A DNA stretch of 64,000 nucleotides from an uncultured Clostridia bacterium (GCA_964403285.1 CAYOFG010000001.1:22183-86182), one strand, 5' to 3'. Numbered from the stretch's first letter, positions 55,168 through 64,000 are shown. Numbers and translations are program-made. Notes: generated by a model not told the origin, from the sequence alone.

Positions 55168-55907
55168 TACGCTTCCATCTTGTCGCAGATTATGCACAAC
55201 TTCTCTACCTCTTCCATATAGTCACCGAAAAGTTTCTCTAAGTTATCCTCTACTTTCTTACCCTCTTTCATCTCGAGAACCTTTAAGAAAATGGTACCGT
55301 TAACAGCGAACTCTCTTTCCAAACCACTTATTACATCTCTTTTCTTAACGGGCAAGGCTTTACCTTTTAGCCGCAACAGGCTGCGGAAAATGGGATTAAA
55401 AGAAGTGAGCGAATTGATTAAAAGAGAGCGAATCCTTTTCTCCTTCAGCCCTATCTCCAAGTAGACCTGATATAGCCTGATCAATCCCCCTTTCAGTTGT
55501 TGCTCACATTGGTGCCTGAGGTTTCGGCTGTTTACTTCCAGCTCGCCCAATATGTCTTTTCCATAAACGAGAACATAATTATCCTTCATCTCCAGAAACT
55601 CTATAGGGAATGTATCCGTAGAAGACTTCACATGCTCCACAGTAAGAAGAAGAGGAACAATCCCTTTTTTCCTTCCCTGGTTAATAAGTTTCAAGCTCAT
55701 TTTCAAATCAGGAGGGTCTATTTTTCTCATTACCAGAAGGAGATTTATATTCGATTTTTTGGGAATAAAATCTTCTCCCACTGCGCTACCATAGAGAGAG
55801 ATAGATTTGAGGTTATCCCCGTGCAATGCAATCATTGCCTGGCTGAAAGGCACCAGGACTTTCCTCACGTGGCTATTCAACTTTTCCAGGTTGACAAGGA
55901 TGTCCAT
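55167..55907 (-). CDS. Nucleotidyltransferase-fold protein (minimal NTase-like), tentative
   Basis: ISLYGSAVGEDFIPKKSNINLLLV fits the hG[GS]x9-13[DN]h[DE]h NTase signature. It continues into a helical C-terminal domain. Confidence 0.35.
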   Translation of the reverse strand: MDILVNLEKLNSHVRKVLVPFSQAMIALHGDNLKSISLYGSAVGEDFIPKKSNINLLLVMRKIDPPDLKMSLKLINQGRKKGIVPLLLTVEHVKSSTDTFPIEFLEMKDNYVLVYGKDILGELEVNSRNLRHQCEQQLKGGLIRLYQVYLEIGLKEKRIRSLLINSLTSFNPIFRSLLRLKGKALPVKKRDVISGLEREFAVNGTIFLKVLEMKEGKKVEDNLEKLFGDYMEEVEKLCIICDKMEA

Positions 55908-55990
55908 AAAGGTCTCCTTTCCATTAAATTATTGATTGGATTTTAACATATTTCCCCTGCTTTTTCAACCATTTAAGGAAGGGCTCTCAA

Positions 55991-56815
55991 TTACTTTGTA
56001 GATTTCTCGGCAGGCAGATTTTTCGTCAACTTCTTGAACCTTTCCTGATTTCTTACCAGTTCAGCTCCCTCTAACCCAACCTGGTCAATGTACAGTTGAA
56101 CCCTCTCGATTCTATCGCCTGTAGGTGGGTGGGAGCGAAAGAGAATTTCAAATTTACTGGGAGGTTTCTTCTCCATAGTTTTAAGTTTTTCGAAAAACTC
56201 AACCATTCCCCGTGGGTCATATCCAGCAGCAAGGGGATAGCGGACTCCAGAATTGTCAGCCTCAAACTCGTTCTTCCTGCTATATCCCAGAAGCATTAAG
56301 GAAAAAAGGAAATCAGTATATTGGCTCAACTGACTCAAATCCTGCTTAGTGAATATTTCTCCCAGGAGGATAATTGCCTGATAACCAAATGCTTTCTCAA
56401 ACCTTTTTGCTCCATGGCGCCAGGCAACATGTCCAATCTCATGTCCCATCACTCCTGCCAGTTGAGCCTCATCATCCAGTTCCTTAAGAATTCCTCTGGT
56501 AACAAAAATGAATCCTCCGGGAGCAGCAAAAGCATTCACCATGGGAGTATCCAGAACAGTAAAATAGTAAGTTATCTCTTTCCTTTCACAAACATTAACC
56601 AGTTTCTGACCCACCTCGTTTATATACTCGTGTAACTCAGGGTCATCGTAAACGCCAAACTCATTTATTACCTGTTGAGTAGTCGCTTTTCCCAGAGAAA
56701 CTTCCTGCCCTGTAGAAAGTAATCTAAGCTCCTTTTTTCCCGTAACCGGATTCGCCGCGCACCCCACCAAGAAAACAAAAGATACCACCAAAACCATATT
56801 TAAAATTTTTCTCAT
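55991..56815 (-). CDS. M48-family zinc metallopeptidase lipoprotein
   Basis: The start is probably MRKILNMVLVVSFVFLVGC, which has a lipobox LVGC and a strong upstream AAGGAGGT RBS. FAAPGGFIFVTRGIL...GVMGHEIGHVAWRHG contains the HExxH motif and matches M48/BepA-like proteases. Confidence 0.65.
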   Translation of the reverse strand: MRKILNMVLVVSFVFLVGCAANPVTGKKELRLLSTGQEVSLGKATTQQVINEFGVYDDPELHEYINEVGQKLVNVCERKEITYYFTVLDTPMVNAFAAPGGFIFVTRGILKELDDEAQLAGVMGHEIGHVAWRHGAKRFEKAFGYQAIILLGEIFTKQDLSQLSQYTDFLFSLMLLGYSRKNEFEADNSGVRYPLAAGYDPRGMVEFFEKLKTMEKKPPSKFEILFRSHPPTGDRIERVQLYIDQVGLEGAELVRNQERFKKLTKNLPAEKSTK

Positions 56816-56828
56816 AGAATTTACCTCC

Positions 56829-57593
56829 TTAAACCGCAAGCCATCCTCCATCCACAAAGATTGTCTGTCCCGTTATGTAATCAGAAGCATCAGAAGCAAG
56901 AAATACAGCTATTCCTGCCAGATCCTCCGGCTCGCCCCATCTACCTAAAGGAATTCTCGCATTTATTGCCGAAAATCTTTTGGGATCCTTCCGCAAAGAC
57001 TCGGTCAAATCGGTCGTAAAATAGCCCGGTCCAATAGCATTAACTCTAATGTTATATTTCGCCCAGTCACTGGCGAGGGACTTGGTCAGTTGAGAAACCC
57101 CTCCCTTGCTCGCCACATAGGCAGAAATATTCTTTCCTCCTATAAAGCTGGCTATGGAAGAGATGTTTATAATTTTCCCTCTTTTCTGTTTAATCATCAC
57201 TCTCCCCACCGCCTGGCAACACAAGAAAGTCCCTTTCAAATTGACCTTAATCTCTTCATCCCAATCTTCTTCGGAAAAGTCTTCAGGAGGCACTCTGGTA
57301 ATCCTCCCAGCACTATTGAACAGAAAATCTATCTTTCCAAACTTTTCCAAAGTTTTTTCTACCATTCTATCAATATCTTCTTTTCTCGCCACGTCAATCT
57401 GCAAGGGAAGCACCTTCCTTCCCCAACTTTTTATTTCCTCATCTACTTTCTCAATTTTTTTCAGTTCCCTGCTGGTTATAGCAAGGTCTGCCCCAGCCTG
57501 AGCAAGACCAATGGCAATACCTTTACCCAAGCCGCGGCTGGCTCCAGTCACTATCCCCGCTTTCCCTTTAAGACTCATCTTTTCTAAAATCAT
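56829..57593 (-). CDS. Short-chain dehydrogenase/reductase (SDR) family oxidoreductase
   Basis: The NAD(P)-binding motif is GKAGIVTGASRGLGKGIAIGLAQAGADL (TGxxxGxG). The NSAG motif and catalytic YVASKGGVSQLTKSLA (YxxxK) are present. The start is probably the internal MILEKMS, preceded by a GGAGGGAG RBS. Confidence 0.75.
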   Translation of the reverse strand: MILEKMSLKGKAGIVTGASRGLGKGIAIGLAQAGADLAITSRELKKIEKVDEEIKSWGRKVLPLQIDVARKEDIDRMVEKTLEKFGKIDFLFNSAGRITRVPPEDFSEEDWDEEIKVNLKGTFLCCQAVGRVMIKQKRGKIINISSIASFIGGKNISAYVASKGGVSQLTKSLASDWAKYNIRVNAIGPGYFTTDLTESLRKDPKRFSAINARIPLGRWGEPEDLAGIAVFLASDASDYITGQTIFVDGGWLAV

Positions 57594-57655
57594 AACTCCC
57601 TCCATAAAAAAGTGACAGGTACTTTTTTCGCTCTCTCCTCAAAAAAGGGGACAGA

Positions 57656-58066
57656 TTACTTTTTCCCCATTATACTCTTTATTTTCCCCGGTGGTTTAAT
57701 TATGAACACCACTATTGTAAATATGGCAAGAAAAACAGTTGGTATCTGTATTACCAAAGGATTAACATCAGGATAAATCAACTTCTCCAAATAATGGACG
57801 ATAAACGAACCAGAATATACTGAAGATGCCTCATACCTTAACCTGAGTCCATTTTCGAGGATGGTAAGGGGGCAATACTTACCCAGAATACTTAGAGAAG
57901 AAACATAGAAAATACCTAAGAGGTGGAGTGACCTGAAAAGCCACCAATCAAAGAATTTCTGCCGGAAGACGAGAGCATATGCGGTAAGCAGAAATCCCAA
58001 CAGCATAAACAGTATAAACAGGAAATGTACCACAATGACTGCATCCGCAAATACTTTATATGACAT
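57656..58066 (-). CDS. DUF2784-like small membrane protein
   Basis: Three or four TM helices are predicted. AVIVVHFLFILFMLLG and the conserved CPLT motif (GKYCPLTILENGLR) are present. Confidence 0.4.
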   Translation of the reverse strand: MSYKVFADAVIVVHFLFILFMLLGFLLTAYALVFRQKFFDWWLFRSLHLLGIFYVSSLSILGKYCPLTILENGLRLRYEASSVYSGSFIVHYLEKLIYPDVNPLVIQIPTVFLAIFTIVVFIIKPPGKIKSIMGKK

Positions 58067-58078
58067 TTTCTATCAATC

Positions 58079-58345
58079 TTATCCAAATTTATATACTTTC
58101 CTGATTTTCTTTGTCACCTTCCAGGTGCATTTGAGTCCCTTGGGGAATGTAACCAGGTCGCCCTTCCCAAATTCGACTTCACCGTCGCGAGTCTTAACCT
58201 TCACTTTCCCTTCCAGAACGTAGCAAGTCTCTTTTTCATCATATTCCCAGTCGAAAGTTGAAGGCTCGCATTCCCACGGGCTCCAGTCATCCACTCCCAA
58301 CGATTTCAATTTTTCTTCAGACAATTTCTCCACCTTAATTTCCAC
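58079..58345 (-). CDS. Cupin-domain protein (DUF861/cupin_3-like)
   Basis: This is an 88 aa single-domain beta-barrel. WEYDEKETCYVLEGKVKVKTRDGEVEFGKGDLVTFPKGLKCTWKV resembles cupin_3. Confidence 0.45.
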   Translation of the reverse strand: MEIKVEKLSEEKLKSLGVDDWSPWECEPSTFDWEYDEKETCYVLEGKVKVKTRDGEVEFGKGDLVTFPKGLKCTWKVTKKIRKVYKFG

Positions 58346-58392
58346 AATACCTAAACCTCCCTACTCACTAATACGGGAAATGAGAAAATTTT

Positions 58393-58692
58393 CTAAACAA
58401 GTTCTTTCCAACTTATCAAAACCAGGATTATAATTGCTAAATTTACCAAAATTGCCAGTAGGCTCACTCTCGCAGGCGAAATTATATTAAGAATTAACAC
58501 CACACCAGAAACAACCAAAGCCACCATTCCTGTTATTCGTCGCTTTTTTCTTAAACCATACCCACTGAAACAATATAAGCCACCAATCGCTAACATTAAA
58601 ATAGTTAATCCGACGTTCTTACCCATAGATATGGCGGGAATACCTATGGCAATAGCACTAAATAACATTAAAATTCCCAAAATCCAGGCCAA
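58393..58692 (-). CDS. Small integral membrane protein (3 TM), hypothetical
   Basis: The 99 aa sequence is almost entirely hydrophobic. It sits upstream of the cupin gene on the same strand. Confidence 0.3.
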   Translation of the reverse strand: MAWILGILMLFSAIAIGIPAISMGKNVGLTILMLAIGGLYCFSGYGLRKKRRITGMVALVVSGVVLILNIISPARVSLLAILVNLAIIILVLISWKELV

Positions 58693-58763
58693 AGTGGAAG
58701 CTATAGATAAATATAACCTCTTCTTAGATTCTTCAATTGGGTATACTTTTAATTCTATATTTT

Positions 58764-60020
58764 TCAGGATGCTTTGGGCAGGTATATTACAAAAGTAGTC
58801 CCTTTACCCTCTTCTGTTTCTAATTCTATTTTTCCATGGTAATTATTAATGATATCCTTGGATATAGTAAGACCTAATCCCGGTTCTCCTTTTGTGCTAA
58901 AGAATGGTTCAAAAATTTTTGACTTTTCCATTTGAGGTATTCCCGGACCATTATCTTTAAATTCAACAATTACCCATTTATCGTCTGATCTCGTCTCTAC
59001 AGATAGCCTCCCACCTTTAGACAATGCATCGAGGGCATTATTAATGAGATTAATAAATACTTGTTGAAATTGCCCCTTATTCCCTGAAACGATTAGAGAG
59101 CCTTCATCTAACTGCTTGCTTAATATAATTCCTTTCTCTATAAATTGATAACTCATTAAAGTCAAAGTCTCATCCACGGTTTTATTTATATCGATTTTTC
59201 CCACCTGGGAGTAGTCTTGCTTGGTGAAATTCAGAATCTCCTCAACTATTTCGTTTCCATGAGATGTCATATCGTAAATATCTCCTATATTTTTTTCTAA
59301 GTCCTCAGTTGACAACGCTCTTTTAATATTATCCAGCAAATATTTTCCTTTACTGGAAATTATCTCCAAGGGCGTTTTCATCTCATGAACGATGGTTCCA
59401 ATTAACTTCCCTATAGAAGCCATCTGTGTTGAGCGATATAATTGATTTTTGGCTTCACGAAAAAGATTTTCAATATGCTTTCTATGCAACTCCTGTTTCT
59501 TCGTCTCTTCCCCAAAATATCCACTGACTATTGCTACAATAAATAAGAATGGAATTCTCAAGAGTAACCCCGGATTAAGCAACTCAACTTGACCCGAATC
59601 TTTAACCAGCATGCCAAAATAAAAAATAAATGCTAAAAATGCAATTATAACACTTATTCTTAAATTAGAAGCTAAAGCAGACATAAATATAACCAGAAAG
59701 TAAGCAATATAAAGGTCTGTATCAATACCTCTGGTTAAATATATAATGAATGAAATAAAGAATACGTCAATCAAAAAAATGGAACTCATAAATTTGCCTG
59801 AATAAATTCTTCTTTCAGAAACAAAAATTAAATAGAGATTAAAAATGCCAAAGACAAGACATATTAAAACTGATTGCAGCGGAAGAACAAATTCTTTAAC
59901 CGGCTCGTACAGAACCAGGAAAATAACCATCACAAGAATTAACCATTGAAAGACGACGATGAAACTTTTATGAGTAAGATTATAAACTTTTCTTGTAGTC
60001 TTACTAAAAAATTGTTTCAT
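58764..60020 (-). CDS. Membrane-bound sensor histidine kinase
   Basis: About six N-terminal TM helices are followed by the HisKA H-box GTIVHEMKTPLE. The HATPase_c segment includes NLINNALDAL...FKDNGPGIP...GEPGLGLTISKDII. Confidence 0.75.
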   Translation of the reverse strand: MKQFFSKTTRKVYNLTHKSFIVVFQWLILVMVIFLVLYEPVKEFVLPLQSVLICLVFGIFNLYLIFVSERRIYSGKFMSSIFLIDVFFISFIIYLTRGIDTDLYIAYFLVIFMSALASNLRISVIIAFLAFIFYFGMLVKDSGQVELLNPGLLLRIPFLFIVAIVSGYFGEETKKQELHRKHIENLFREAKNQLYRSTQMASIGKLIGTIVHEMKTPLEIISSKGKYLLDNIKRALSTEDLEKNIGDIYDMTSHGNEIVEEILNFTKQDYSQVGKIDINKTVDETLTLMSYQFIEKGIILSKQLDEGSLIVSGNKGQFQQVFINLINNALDALSKGGRLSVETRSDDKWVIVEFKDNGPGIPQMEKSKIFEPFFSTKGEPGLGLTISKDIINNYHGKIELETEEGKGTTFVIYLPKAS

Positions 60021-60038
60021 ATCATAAATCCTCTAAAT

Positions 60039-60440
60039 CTACCAACCGGATATTTGAGTTCCCTCAAGGCCGAGATGTGTGCAATCAATGCAAATTTTCC
60101 CTGTTGCAGAGTCATAGCACCATCCGCCGCTATCAGAGATATTAGGCCCTGTGACTTGATTTGTTCGTGGATGGTCATTAAGATTCAAATACGGAATCTC
60201 ATTTACATAATTAGGAACCAGGGAATTGGGAAGTGGGTTAGAAGGCCATGCCCCTTCATTAGTTCCATAATAGGTCATAATTGCCATACGCAAGATACCC
60301 AGATTCCCTCTTGCCACATTCTCGTTCGCCTTGCGAATTGAATTCCCACCTATTATGATGACAGTAACCGCAAGCAGTCCAATAACTGCTACAGAAATCA
60401 TAAGTTCAATCAAAGTGAACCCTTTTGAATTGGATACCAT
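60039..60440 (-). CDS. Prepilin-type N-terminal cleavage/methylation domain protein (type IV pilin / pseudopilin-like)
   Basis: The true start is probably MVSNSKG followed by FTLIELMISVAVIGLLAVTVIIIG. This gives the class-III signal G|FTLIE with Glu at +5 and a hydrophobic helix. The 32 residues upstream in the track ORF are encoded by a GC-rich palindrome and are probably 5' UTR. Confidence 0.65.
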   Translation of the reverse strand: MVSNSKGFTLIELMISVAVIGLLAVTVIIIGGNSIRKANENVARGNLGILRMAIMTYYGTNEGAWPSNPLPNSLVPNYVNEIPYLNLNDHPRTNQVTGPNISDSGGWCYDSATGKICIDCTHLGLEGTQISGW

Positions 60441-60461
60441 ACTTCCCCTCTTATTCAATTT

Positions 60462-60511
60462 CCCCTCACCCTGACCCTCTCCCCTCGGGGGAGAGGACGA
60501 AGGTGAGGGGG
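60462..60511. repeat. Nested GC-rich palindrome in the pilin gene 5' region
   Basis: The sequence is cccctcaccctgaccctctcccctcgggggagaggacgaaggtgaggggg. The outer stem pairs cccctcacc with ggtgaggggg. The inner hairpin is ctctcccc-tc-ggggagag. The surrounding genome is AT-rich. Confidence 0.55.
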
Positions 60512-60699
60512 TAACCTCGGCGTTCGTTGGCTTCAAATCCTTATGAATAGGTCAAGGTGTCCCTCTCGAATGAAATCCGAAGCTATTGTCAACAAGACCC
60601 TGTCGACGAGGACCAGTGCCACCTTTCAGGCAGCACTCCCAACGCTTTTTCAGTTCCGGCAGTTAGACATTGTTGTTTCGGCAAGAAGCGCGAAAATAT

Positions 60700-61725
60700 T
60701 TATAATTTCTGTTCCTCTTCCTTTTTCAAAAATTCTAACATTTGAGTAAAAAGGCCGAGAAGTCTTAGTCTCTTGAGTTCTTCCTTAGATTTCTTAGCAT
60801 ATGTATTTTCTAATTCATTTAATGAATTTTTATAGTTTTCTAAATCCTGTCTTGAAAACTGATTAAAAACCGGATATCTTTTTGCCAGATAATAAACTAG
60901 TTCAAAAGTTTTTTCAGCCTCTGCCTTCTCTGCTGACCGTGACATTCCGCTCGTTCTCTTATTGAATTCTTCCTCGCTTTCCTCCAGCGAGCCCCAATAT
61001 GTTCTGACCCTTCCAGTAAAGCCAAAGTTCCAAGGTCGTTCTATTGCAGACTTAACCCTGTTTTCACCATAAAGAGAGAACGCAAAAATTAAAATCTTAG
61101 CCCATAAGCCCGGCTCAACTTCCGGAAAAAGATTAGTTGATATATCATCCAACTTTCTATCAAATTCTTCTTTTGCCTGCCAAATTCTCTCTTGGGCCCA
61201 CGGCAGGAAATAATGCAAAGTCGCTAGGGATATAATATTTTCTTTACTTTCTAAATTTGATTTGGTAATTTTCCACTCTTTTGGAAAATAACCCTCGTAA
61301 ATATCATATCTTTCTGGAGAAGTGCCGATATTTTCAAAAAATACTTGATAAAAGATACTAAATAATGACTCAATGTAGTAATACTCTGTACCGTTCTCAC
61401 CCTTGACGAGTTCTTGTTTATATTTTTCTCCATGTTTTTTGAAATGGTCAAAAAATGAAAAAGCCTCTCTTTCCCTAACAGATCGCTCTTCAATCCTTTT
61501 AAAAATCGCATCTAAGATCCCTGATATTTCACTATAATCGCTCCCTTCCTCCAACTTCTTTTCTTCTTTTAAATATTCATATTCTTTTCTCCATATCTTG
61601 AAATGCCATTCTAAAATTTTAGGAAAAACTTCTTTTAACACAACTAGAAAAATAATCGAGCGATTATTTATAAAATTATTGAAGTCATTCAGTAACCTTG
61701 ATATAGTTTTAAGATTCTCTTTCAT
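60700..61725 (-). CDS. Hypothetical protein (341 aa, Lys/Glu-rich, no recognisable motif)
   Basis: This long ORF is on the prevailing strand and has a Lys/Glu-rich composition. I recognise no motif. Confidence 0.3.
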   Translation of the reverse strand: MKENLKTISRLLNDFNNFINNRSIIFLVVLKEVFPKILEWHFKIWRKEYEYLKEEKKLEEGSDYSEISGILDAIFKRIEERSVREREAFSFFDHFKKHGEKYKQELVKGENGTEYYYIESLFSIFYQVFFENIGTSPERYDIYEGYFPKEWKITKSNLESKENIISLATLHYFLPWAQERIWQAKEEFDRKLDDISTNLFPEVEPGLWAKILIFAFSLYGENRVKSAIERPWNFGFTGRVRTYWGSLEESEEEFNKRTSGMSRSAEKAEAEKTFELVYYLAKRYPVFNQFSRQDLENYKNSLNELENTYAKKSKEELKRLRLLGLFTQMLEFLKKEEEQKL

Positions 61726-62239
61726 TGTTTTCTAATAATTCATAAATAATAGAAGAAAATATCACGAAAAGTTCTTTTTCATTCTGAGTATTTATGTTTT
61801 CTGTCTGCCAAACAGAACGCCAGGATTCTTCCATATCTTTTAAATTTTCTAATTTACTCAAATAATCAAATCTTGAATTGAATTTATTTCCTTTCATCCA
61901 ATGATACGAATTTACTAAGATTTTTGCCATGAAATAAATTCCCGCACCCCAAATGATTAGCTCCAAAAATCGCAGGCAAACTGTAGAGCTGCTCCAAAAT
62001 AATAATGGTAAAAATATTAAAGCCAAATAAACTAAAAATAGTCTTGTCTTAACAACGTGATCCAAAATTACATGTTTGTCCAAAACTTCAAATTCTCTTT
62101 TATCGTTAAAAATAGCTATCGCGATAGGAATCAAAATAGTTAAAAAAGCTATCCCTACCATTCCAAGTATGTTTAGAAAGTCGCCAGATTGTTCTAATAA
62201 AACAAAAATAAAATTTGCCATATTTGAATTATGTTTCAT
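61709..62239 (-). CDS. Hypothetical membrane protein (176 aa, 3-4 TM)
   Basis: Hydrophobic helices are present. It overlaps the downstream ORF start by 17 nt, suggesting an operon. Confidence 0.3.
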   Translation of the reverse strand: MKHNSNMANFIFVLLEQSGDFLNILGMVGIAFLTILIPIAIAIFNDKREFEVLDKHVILDHVVKTRLFLVYLALIFLPLLFWSSSTVCLRFLELIIWGAGIYFMAKILVNSYHWMKGNKFNSRFDYLSKLENLKDMEESWRSVWQTENINTQNEKELFVIFSSIIYELLENNERES

Positions 62240-62421
62240 TTAGTAATCTTAAATAACTTCTTTACCAACTCACCATTTGCCTTCTCTAATTTTTCGATTT
62301 CTTTTTCTTTAGCTCCTATCTTGAGTTGGTGGCATTTTTGCGAGATTTCGGAAAGTTTTTGGTGAAGCACGCTGTCCTTCGGACCCGGGGCGCTAACCGT
62401 CTCGCGCCCATCGCTAACCAT
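62236..62421 (-). CDS. Small hypothetical protein (61 aa) with a consensus RBS
   Basis: AAGGAGGT lies 4 nt upstream of the ATG. The first 20 codons (MVSDGRETVSAPGPKDSVLHQ) are unusually GC-rich relative to the rest of the gene and the genome. The stop overlaps the next gene's start (ATGA). Confidence 0.35.
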   Translation of the reverse strand: MVSDGRETVSAPGPKDSVLHQKLSEISQKCHQLKIGAKEKEIEKLEKANGELVKKLFKITK

Positions 62422-62510
62422 GGACCTCCTTATTCGTCGCTCCAGCGACCCATGCTTCTCCTCGGGTGACCTCGGCTCTCGTTAGCTTCGAATCCCTGCA
62501 AGTAAGCGAG

Positions 62511-62581
62511 CTGCCGGGGGAGGATTCGAACCTCCACACCAAGATCCAGAGTCTCGTGTCCTACCATTAGACCACCCGGCA
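62511..62581 (-). tRNA. tRNA-Gln (anticodon CUG), CCA not encoded
   Basis: The minus strand reads TGCCGGGTGGTCTAATGGTAGGACACGAGACTCTGGATCTTGGTGTGGAGGTTCGAATCCTCCCCCGGCAG. It has a U1-A72 acceptor, typical of tRNA-Gln. The anticodon loop is CUCUGGA, giving CUG. The T-loop is TTCGAAT. The discriminator is G. Confidence 0.75.
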
Positions 62582-62585
62582 ATTT

Positions 62586-62894
62586 CTATTCCTTTTGCTC
62601 TTCTTTTTTCTCTTCCTTCTCCTCTTCCTTTCCCTTTTTTACCTCGTCAACATAGTTCAGCTGGAGAGTGGCCAGAGTCTCACCGATTAACTTCTCTTCC
62701 TCTTTAACCAGATTCCCTTTTGCCTTCTCTTTTAGCATTTCCATCATATCGATTGTTACTTTTGCCTGCTCTAAATTTCTTTCAATCTCACCCGTCAGGG
62801 GATTAGTAACTTTACCCATATGCTGCATTGCTGCCTGAGAAAGGGAGAGAACAAGGCTCATAAAAAGCATGTCCAATTTTGGTTCTTCTTCCAT
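62586..62894 (-). CDS. DUF1844 family protein
   Basis: LFMSLVLSLSQAAMQHMGKVTNPLTGEIERNLEQAKVTIDMMEMLKEKAKGNLVKEEEKL matches the DUF1844 pattern. It has an acidic/Lys-rich C-terminal tail. Confidence 0.5.
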   Translation of the reverse strand: MEEEPKLDMLFMSLVLSLSQAAMQHMGKVTNPLTGEIERNLEQAKVTIDMMEMLKEKAKGNLVKEEEKLIGETLATLQLNYVDEVKKGKEEEKEEKKEEQKE

Positions 62895-62914
62895 TCCGCC
62901 TCCTTACAGAAAAA

Positions 62915-64000
62915 CTACAGGTAGTTTCTGATTGTATAATCTATTCTCTTTAAGACCCTCTCTTTGCCGAGAAAAAATAAGAGAGCAAATAGACCCGGTC
63001 CTCGCGTGCGGCCGGAGACTGCCACTCTGATAGGATGGAACACTTCACTTGTCTTCTTACCGCTCTCCTCGGCATAGTTGCGGATTTCTTTTTCAATTTT
63101 CTCTTCTGAGAAATCTTGCAACCTGGCGAACCTATCCCTGCAATCGGATAGTATCTGTTTGACGCCGTTAACCTTTAATACTTTCTCTTTCGCCTCCTCT
63201 TCGTAATCTTTGTTTTCTAAATCTTCCTTAAGCATATAACTTATCAAATAGGGAATATCTTTCAGTAATTTTATCTTTTCCTGTTCGAGGGAAATAGCCT
63301 TTGTTAATATATTCTCTACCCAATGCTTAACCTCTTCGTCTGTGTTCCCTTGGACCAGATTTTCTTTAATTATGAACGGAAGCGCTTCCGTAGTAAGATC
63401 ATATGGTTTCATTTTCCTTATATACTCGCCATTCATCCAGAGAAGTTTCTGAGGGTCGAAAATGGCAGCAGATTTTGCGCACCTTTCCAAAGAGAACTTT
63501 GCAATCAATTCCTCTTTCCCAAAAATCTGTTGACTATCTTCTGTAGCCCAGCCCAGAAGTGCTAAATAATTTCTCATTGCCTCTGGAAGATACCCTTCGT
63601 TTTCATAGTATTCCAATGCAGTTGCCCCATGTCTCTTACTCAGGCGGGTTCCGTCGGAGCCGAGAATCATCGGCACGTGGGCAAATTGTGGCTTCTTCCA
63701 GGCAAGCGCTTCATAGAGGAGAATCTGCCTGGGAGTATTGGAGATGTGGTCGTCACCACGAATCACATGGGATATCTCCATTTCGTGGTCATCAACTACT
63801 ACTGCAAAATTGTATATGGGAGAGCCACTCGATTTAAGCATAACAAAATCGTCCAGTAATTTATTCTCAAAACTTACTTTTCCTCTCACTATATCGTCAA
63901 ATTCTGTAACTCCTTCCTGTGGAGTCTTGAAGCGCACCACGGGCTTCCTGCCTTCCTCTATATACTTCTTCTCATCTTCTTTAGTGAGCTTACGACATCT
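62915..64000 (-). CDS. gltX: Glutamate--tRNA ligase (GltX), C-terminal ~two-thirds; the N-terminus lies beyond the window end
   Basis: The catalytic-core signatures are PIYNFAVVVDDHEMEISHVIRGDDHISNTPRQILLYEALAW and HVPMILGSDGTRLSKRHGA (KMSKS-type LSKRHG). The reading frame stays open upstream to position 64000. Confidence 0.8.
   Translation of the reverse strand, partial: RCRKLTKEDEKKYIEEGRKPVVRFKTPQEGVTEFDDIVRGKVSFENKLLDDFVMLKSSGSPIYNFAVVVDDHEMEISHVIRGDDHISNTPRQILLYEALAWKKPQFAHVPMILGSDGTRLSKRHGATALEYYENEGYLPEAMRNYLALLGWATEDSQQIFGKEELIAKFSLERCAKSAAIFDPQKLLWMNGEYIRKMKPYDLTTEALPFIIKENLVQGNTDEEVKHWVENILTKAISLEQEKIKLLKDIPYLISYMLKEDLENKDYEEEAKEKVLKVNGVKQILSDCRDRFARLQDFSEEKIEKEIRNYAEESGKKTSEVFHPIRVAVSGRTRGPGLFALLFFLGKERVLKRIDYTIRNYL

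Noticed and set aside
928-57587. Plus-strand ORFs in the six-frame track, for example 928..1113, 2685..2909, 20313..20609, 35972..36280, 39435..39890, 49173..49619, 55497..55946 and 57090..57587
   Set aside because: All lie fully inside well-supported minus-strand genes with recognisable domains. They have no RBS context and low-complexity or stop-codon-avoiding antisense composition. I treated them as antisense artefacts.
62380-62500. SRP (4.5S) RNA or a second tRNA next to tRNA-Gln
   Set aside because: A GGGUCCGAAGGAC stretch loosely resembles the SRP RNA domain IV motif. The flanking sequence does not form the expected helix 8 or conserved tetraloop context. No cloverleaf could be folded. 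I kept it only as a low-confidence finding.

Overview
This is a 64 kb AT-rich bacterial chromosomal segment with no rRNA and no CRISPR array. Every protein gene I could support (about 60), and both tRNAs, lie on the minus strand; the plus-strand ORFs in the track look like antisense artefacts. The window breaks into six parts. (1) 1-5 kb: a c-di-GMP signalling module with a partial ECF sigma gene, a REC-HD-GYP response regulator, a TPR-GAF histidine kinase and two PilZ proteins. The kinase and regulator are separated by a 310 nt repeat-rich structured spacer. (2) 5-23 kb: a glycoconjugate or exopolysaccharide-type locus. It has a GNAT-like acyltransferase, a heterodimeric ABC exporter, three GT2 and one GT4 glycosyltransferases, an alpha/beta hydrolase, a sulfotransferase-like protein, a secreted protein, a radical-SAM/SPASM enzyme and a MacB-MacA-TolC-type export system. 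One ABC half-transporter carries a C-terminal degenerate HD-GYP domain. (3) 23-32 kb: a CapK-like adenylating enzyme, a heparinase II/III-like protein, a GT1 glycosyltransferase, a LuxC/LuxE acyl-CoA reductase and acyl-protein synthetase pair with no luciferase, and an M20 amidohydrolase. (4) 32-40 kb: a 1234 aa Ser/Thr-kinase-AAA-TPR protein, two small paralogous proteins and a second radical-SAM/SPASM gene. That gene is preceded by a sigma70 promoter, a roughly 280 nt structured leader (riboswitch candidate) and an intrinsic terminator. Upstream are a MITE-like inverted repeat with dispersed copies, a gene for a protein with a Schlafen-like AlbA_2 DNA-binding domain and an HATPase_c_4 ATPase domain, a tRNA 3' fragment and tRNA-Glu(CUC). 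(5) 40-57 kb: housekeeping, DNA-repair and envelope genes, including RmuC, Fe-ADH, an AddAB/AdnAB-like helicase-nuclease pair, transaldolase, an EndoQ-like PHP nuclease, VanZ, DUF3467, a Cas4-like PD-(D/E)xK nuclease, LemA/TPM, a nucleotidyltransferase-like protein, M48 and SDR. (6) 57-64 kb: a membrane histidine kinase, a prepilin-type protein, hypothetical proteins, tRNA-Gln(CUG), DUF1844 and the 3' two-thirds of gltX. Recurrent GC-rich hairpin elements populate the intergenic regions. Coordinates of elements derived by hand are approximate (about +/-2 nt).
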